Positions 59,194 to 64,000 of a stretch of 64,000 bases of DNA are shown here, piece by piece. This DNA comes from an uncultured Prevotellaceae bacterium (GTDB lineage: Bacteria > Bacteroidota > Bacteroidia > Bacteroidales > Bacteroidaceae), in contig CACWLC010000008.1 of assembly GCA_902761605.1 (NCBI GenBank), positions 45,956 to 109,955 of the forward strand, in the 5' to 3' direction. A model generated the notes under the pieces. It was not told the DNA's origin and made no database searches. It saw only the letters and a list, made by a program, of their open reading frames with translations. How positions within the stretch are numbered: position 1 is the stretch's first letter; the number at the start of each line of letters is the position of its first letter. The position numbers and the translations under genes were made by a program.

Positions 59194-60069
59194 TTAAAGT
59201 GCATTAAGCACCTGCTCTTTTATCTGCTCCAGCTCGTCTTTCATCTTTACAACGATGTTCTGCATCTCTGCCTGATTACTCTTCGAACCGGTAGTATTAA
59301 TCTCTCGTCCCATCTCCTGGGCGATGAATCCAAGTTTCTTACCCTGTCCTGCAGCCTCGTCCAAAGTCTCAGAGAAATACTTCAAATGATTAGCAAGTCG
59401 CTGTTTCTCTTCGCTGATATCAAGTTTCTCAATGTAATATATCAGCTCCTGCTCCAGACGGTTCTTATCATACTCCACTCCTGGGATCTGTTTCAGTCCG
59501 TCCTCAATACGAGCCTTGATCTTCTCCACACGACTCTTCTCGTATGGCTCGATATCCGCCAACAGTTGAGTGATATTGTTTATCTTCTCAGCAAACTTCT
59601 TCTGGAGAGCTGCTCCCTCCTGAATACGAAAGTCAACAAGACTCTTCAAGGCATCGCTCAAAGCACCTTTCACCACATTCCACTCCTCATCGTCGAGTGT
59701 CTCTACATCAGTCTTCGTCAACACATCTGGCATGCGAGTGAGGGTGTAAATCCAATCTTCCGGTTCAGGAATGCCAACCTTCTGGGCAATGCCTTTCAAC
59801 TGATTATAGTAGTTTTCTACGAGTGCTGCATTTACTGGTGTTGCGTCCACAGTACTCTCTTTCTCTATCCACACACTCATATCCACCTTTCCACGAATGA
59901 GAGCCTCTGCCACCATCTGACGCATCTCCATCTCCTTCTCACGATAAAGTGGAGCGATGCGGGTCTGGAGGTCAAGCTGCTTAGAGTTCAGCGACTTCAC
60001 CTCCACGTGGATCTTTTTGTCCTTATAAGCTACAACAACATTGCCGTAGCCAGTCATTGATTGTATCAT
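59194..60069 (-). CDS. yicC: YicC/YloC family endoribonuclease
   Basis: MIQSMTGYG, KSLN, DISEE, QEMGREINTTGSK motifs. Confidence 0.92.
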   Translation of the reverse strand: MIQSMTGYGNVVVAYKDKKIHVEVKSLNSKQLDLQTRIAPLYREKEMEMRQMVAEALIRGKVDMSVWIEKESTVDATPVNAALVENYYNQLKGIAQKVGIPEPEDWIYTLTRMPDVLTKTDVETLDDEEWNVVKGALSDALKSLVDFRIQEGAALQKKFAEKINNITQLLADIEPYEKSRVEKIKARIEDGLKQIPGVEYDKNRLEQELIYYIEKLDISEEKQRLANHLKYFSETLDEAAGQGKKLGFIAQEMGREINTTGSKSNQAEMQNIVVKMKDELEQIKEQVLNAL

Positions 60070-60202
60070 ATTCTCGCGTACATTATTAATTTTGGCTGCA
60101 AAGATACAAAAAAATCTCAAAAATAACAGAAAAAGTTCGTTATTTATGATATTTATATTATCTTTGCAATCGAAAAGTCATGTTGAATTAAGTTTTAAGA
60201 CT

Positions 60203-62392
60203 ATGGAAACAAAGAACAACCGAGAATTACAAAGCGCCTGGGATTTCGTTGAGAATACAGGACGAAGCATCTTCTTGACCGGAAAGGCAGGGACGGGAAA
60301 GACCACTTTCCTGAAACGGGTAGTAGAAACAAGCCGTAAACGAATTATCGTAGTAGCTCCAACGGGTGTTGCAGCAATCAACGCAGGAGGTGTGACGATT
60401 CACTCCTTCTTCCAGTTGCCGTTTTCTCCCTATGTCCCAAATGCGAAGATAAAAAGCAAATACGACTTTGGCAAGGAAAAGCGGCGCATCATTGCATCAC
60501 TCGACTTGCTCATTATCGATGAGATATCGATGGTACGCAGCGACCTGCTCGATGCTGTGGATGCTGTGTTGCGACGTTATCGTGACAGATACAAACCCTT
60601 TGGAGGAGTACAACTGCTGATGATCGGAGATCTTCAACAGCTAACACCAGTGGTAACACCAGAGGACGAACGTCTCTTGGCACCATATTACGACACCCCA
60701 TATTTCTTTGGCTCCAAGGCCCTGAGCCAGATAGACTATGTGACGATACAACTGGATAAGGTATATCGTCAGGAAGATGGAGCTTTTCTTGACATTCTCA
60801 ATGATATCCGCGAGGCAAAACCAACAGCTGATGATCTTAAGAAACTCAATCAGCGCTATGAGCCGGCATTTATCCCCAAACCCGAGGAAGGATACATCCG
60901 TCTGACGACACATAACAAACTGGCAGACGACTACAATGAGAACCAACTTGCCAAGTTGCCTGGGTACAAATATTCCTTCGATGCACAGATAGAAGGAAAC
61001 TTCCCGGAATACTCCTACCCCACGAGTGAAAGGCTCATTCTGAAAGAGGGTGCTCAGGTGATGTTTGTAAAAAATGACCCCACAGGCAATCATCGTTATT
61101 TTAATGGACGCATCGGACAGGTTGTTGATATCAGCGAGAGACATGTGTCAGTATTATGTCCAGGCGATGCAGAAGCCATAGAAGTAGAACCGTTAGTATG
61201 GGAGAACACCCAGTATCAGTTGAATGCCGTAACAAGAGAGATAGAAACAAAGGTACAAGGACGCTTCCGTCAGTTGCCTTTACGTCTGGCATGGGCTATC
61301 ACTATTCACAAGAGCCAAGGACTCACCTTCGAACATGCTATCATTGACGCCAATCTGTCATTCGCACCAGGACAGGTATACGTTGCCCTCAGCCGATGCA
61401 AGACTCTCGAGGGAATGGTTCTCTCTGCTCCCATTGAGCCACGTGCAATAATATCCGATGAGAGAGTTGAGAGTTATATCAGCTGTCAGGAGGAAGAGGC
61501 CGAAAAAAGTATCAAGCAACTGCCAGAACTAAAAGAAGAATACTACCGTCACCTGTTACTCGAGCTCTTCGACTTCCATGATATCTTCTATAAAGAAGAA
61601 CACCTGGTAAGGATTATGACAGAATTCTTCTATCACAGCCACAATGACGTCACTAAACTCCACAAACGAGTGCTCTCCGACTTTAGCAGTAAGACGATGA
61701 CTGTATCCGAGAAATGGGTACAGATGATTCGGCAGCAGACCACCGAACAGCTTCACGCAGAAGATTTCCTAGAGCGTGTAAAACGTAGTGCGGCATATTT
61801 CGAGGAGTCAATCAATACCATCTATGGCAATTCACTTGATCTCGCTGCAAAGATAGAGACAAACAACAAACAGGCAAAGACCCGTTTTGGCGAGTCGTTG
61901 GCAGATACCCGTCAGGCTGTGCTCTCACGCAGATATCTGTTGGCAAGGATAGCGGAACAAGGCTTCTCTATCAGCAGTTATCTCCACGAGAAACATGACT
62001 CCCTTTTGGATGCCATCGACGAGAGATTAGAGATTGTGAAACGTAAGCCAAAGGCAAAGAAAGAGCCGAAGCCTAAGAAAGAACCAAAAGAAAAGACATG
62101 GAACATCTCCTATCAGATGTTTCTCCAAGGGAAGACTCCGGAAGATATTGCCTTAGAGCGTAATCTAACTACAGGAACAATCTTGGGACATCTATCACGA
62201 TTTGTTGATTCTGGCGATATTCAACTCTCTGACATTCTCCCCCAAGAGCGTATAGACATCATAAAGCGAGTTATCAAAGCCGTAGGAACAGAAGAGGGCA
62301 AGATTCCAATCAAGAATCTTTGCCCTCCGGATATTACTTACAATGAGATTGACCTCGTCTTATTCAGCCTCAAGAAGGAGCACACGACTTGA
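60203..62392 (+). CDS. PIF1/RecD-like SF1 helicase with C-terminal HTH
   Basis: TGKAGTGKT, IIDEISM, GDLQQL, AITIHKSQG and YVALSR motifs. Confidence 0.9.
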   Translation: METKNNRELQSAWDFVENTGRSIFLTGKAGTGKTTFLKRVVETSRKRIIVVAPTGVAAINAGGVTIHSFFQLPFSPYVPNAKIKSKYDFGKEKRRIIASLDLLIIDEISMVRSDLLDAVDAVLRRYRDRYKPFGGVQLLMIGDLQQLTPVVTPEDERLLAPYYDTPYFFGSKALSQIDYVTIQLDKVYRQEDGAFLDILNDIREAKPTADDLKKLNQRYEPAFIPKPEEGYIRLTTHNKLADDYNENQLAKLPGYKYSFDAQIEGNFPEYSYPTSERLILKEGAQVMFVKNDPTGNHRYFNGRIGQVVDISERHVSVLCPGDAEAIEVEPLVWENTQYQLNAVTREIETKVQGRFRQLPLRLAWAITIHKSQGLTFEHAIIDANLSFAPGQVYVALSRCKTLEGMVLSAPIEPRAIISDERVESYISCQEEEAEKSIKQLPELKEEYYRHLLLELFDFHDIFYKEEHLVRIMTEFFYHSHNDVTKLHKRVLSDFSSKTMTVSEKWVQMIRQQTTEQLHAEDFLERVKRSAAYFEESINTIYGNSLDLAAKIETNNKQAKTRFGESLADTRQAVLSRRYLLARIAEQGFSISSYLHEKHDSLLDAIDERLEIVKRKPKAKKEPKPKKEPKEKTWNISYQMFLQGKTPEDIALERNLTTGTILGHLSRFVDSGDIQLSDILPQERIDIIKRVIKAVGTEEGKIPIKNLCPPDITYNEIDLVLFSLKKEHTT

Positions 62393-64000
62393 CCAGTCAT
62401 TTTTCTTCGACCACTCTGGCTCATTGCGATAAGGCATCTCCAACCCGTGGTTCATCAGATAAGCTCCGCTGAAGGTCTTACCCTCGATATCCATGGGTTT
62501 AAGGTCTATGCGGTTGAGTTCGTGAATCTTATAGTTCTTTGATGCATCAAGACCAGCCATCTTCACTCGTGGGAGATGCTCATTCTGGAACGACTCCGTC
62601 TTCCACCAGAAGAATACGCTCTTGTCTTTTGCCTCGTTGACATACATCAGTGAGGCAAGACCAAGTTTGTCGTAAGGAGATACCAGACGATAGATATCGC
62701 CAAACTGCACGATAGGACGTATCTGCTTATACTCCTTGATAGCCTGACGGCAGAGAGCCTTCTCATCGTCTGTCATGTTCTTTGGCTGTATCTCCATTCC
62801 CAGACGTCCGCTCATAGCCACATCGATACGATACTTCATGGCTGTGGTACGGAAGACGGTGTGGTTAGGTGTTGCCGAGATATGGCTGGCCATAGCAATT
62901 GCGGGGAAGAAATAGCTGGTACCCCACTGCATATAGATACGTTGGAGAGCATCTGTATTATCACTTACCCAGAACTCATCGAAGTAAGGCAGCACACCCC
63001 AGTTGGCTCGTCCGCCACCAGAGGCACAAGCCTGGATGGTAAGGTCAGGATACTTCGCACGGATACGCTGACAAGCCTTCTCAAAACCACGATGATACTC
63101 TATATAGAGGTGACTCTGGTCGTTCATCGTTAGATACTGTGAACCATGATTCAAGATAGGCATGTTGGCATCCCACTTGATATAGTCGATCTCGGGATAT
63201 TTTGTCATGAGGTTATCGACGATAGAGAAGACAAAGTCCTGAACCTTAGGATTCGCCATATCGAGTACGAGCTGAGTGCCTCCACGACCCTGGACTGCAT
63301 CACGCTTAGGAGCCTTGACAATCCATTCTGGGTGCTTCTCATAAAGCTCTGATACAGAGTTGGTCATCTCAGGCTCAATCCAGATACCAAACTTAATACC
63401 ATGTTTCTTTGCATCGCGAAGAAGTCCCTCAATGCCCTCAGGGAGCTTATTTTTGTCAACCACCCAGTCACCCAAAGAGCTGTTATCTGTCTTACGTGGA
63501 TACTTACCACCAAACCATCCATCATCCATCACGAAGAGTTCTCCACCCATAGAGGCGATATCGCCCATCATCTGATCCATGCCTTTTTGGTTGATGTCGA
63601 AATATACGCCCTCCCAAGAGTTAAGCAGTATCTTACGCTCCTTATCGCCATGCATGAGCATATACTTACGTCCCCACTTATGGAAATTTCTGGAAACACC
63701 AGAGAGTCCTGACTTTGAGAAACTCAGGGCCACCTTAGGAGTAACAAAGGTCTCACCTTTCTTTAGATGATACTCAGAGTTATCTGGGTTGATGCCTGCA
63801 AAGAAATAATGATATTCTGTATCGTCGGTATCTATCTTCAACTGATAATTTCCACTATAGCAGAGGGCGGCACCAATCACATCACCAGTATTCTCCTGCC
63901 CCTTACCATCGAGTGAGAACATCACCTCTGCATGGTCTGTATGAGAGTTTCGTGAACCATCTTTATTCTTTATAACCTTCTCGCCTGGCAGCAGAGGCTC
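62360..64000 (-). CDS. Alpha-galactosidase GH36 (5' end outside window)
   Basis: LNSWEG, VMDDGWF, WIEPEM, YIKWD and CASGGGR motifs. Confidence 0.92.
   Translation of the reverse strand, partial: EPLLPGEKVIKNKDGSRNSHTDHAEVMFSLDGKGQENTGDVIGAALCYSGNYQLKIDTDDTEYHYFFAGINPDNSEYHLKKGETFVTPKVALSFSKSGLSGVSRNFHKWGRKYMLMHGDKERKILLNSWEGVYFDINQKGMDQMMGDIASMGGELFVMDDGWFGGKYPRKTDNSSLGDWVVDKNKLPEGIEGLLRDAKKHGIKFGIWIEPEMTNSVSELYEKHPEWIVKAPKRDAVQGRGGTQLVLDMANPKVQDFVFSIVDNLMTKYPEIDYIKWDANMPILNHGSQYLTMNDQSHLYIEYHRGFEKACQRIRAKYPDLTIQACASGGGRANWGVLPYFDEFWVSDNTDALQRIYMQWGTSYFFPAIAMASHISATPNHTVFRTTAMKYRIDVAMSGRLGMEIQPKNMTDDEKALCRQAIKEYKQIRPIVQFGDIYRLVSPYDKLGLASLMYVNEAKDKSVFFWWKTESFQNEHLPRVKMAGLDASKNYKIHELNRIDLKPMDIEGKTFSGAYLMNHGLEMPYRNEPEWSKKNDWSSRVLLLEAE

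Noticed and set aside
62360..62392. 33-bp convergent overlap of helicase and GH36
   Set aside because: Ordinary tail-to-tail overlap
158..63770. Numerous 60-290 aa antisense or alternate-frame ORFs in the track
   Set aside because: Shadows of well-supported genes with no motifs or promoters
1..64000. CRISPR array, retron or DGR
   Set aside because: No repeat-spacer array, cas gene or reverse transcriptase motif seen; short arrays lack unique spacers

Overview
AT-moderate Bacteroidota chromosome segment, most like a rumen Prevotella/Xylanibacter (TAnnTTTG -7 promoter boxes, T9SS-type tails, plant-glycan CAZymes). The backbone holds an arabinan/xylan hydrolase cluster (one GH43 is broken), housekeeping genes (comF, recX, prmC, ribD, argS, pyrE, argH, tRNA-Leu, metG, nadD, gmk), a GH105/heparinase cluster and a surface-glycan modification cluster. 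Three accessory blocks stand out. (1) A ~5 kb defence-like island between prmC and ribD: a structured leader RNA upstream of an MPG-fold glycosylase-like gene, an agmatine-deiminase-family gene and a BRO-Fic gene, plus a divergent AbiF toxin with its upstream RNA and a nonsense codon, and an AlbA_2 remnant. (2) An integrase-less HU / hypothetical / BT4734-type primase module with large palindromes around an IHF-like box. (3) A decayed IS that splits a probable sRNA. Several short repeat families sit in-frame inside genes. The most striking is a 30-bp two-hairpin element found twice, both times after GTTC with no target duplication. All family assignments come from motif recognition by eye; no database search was run.
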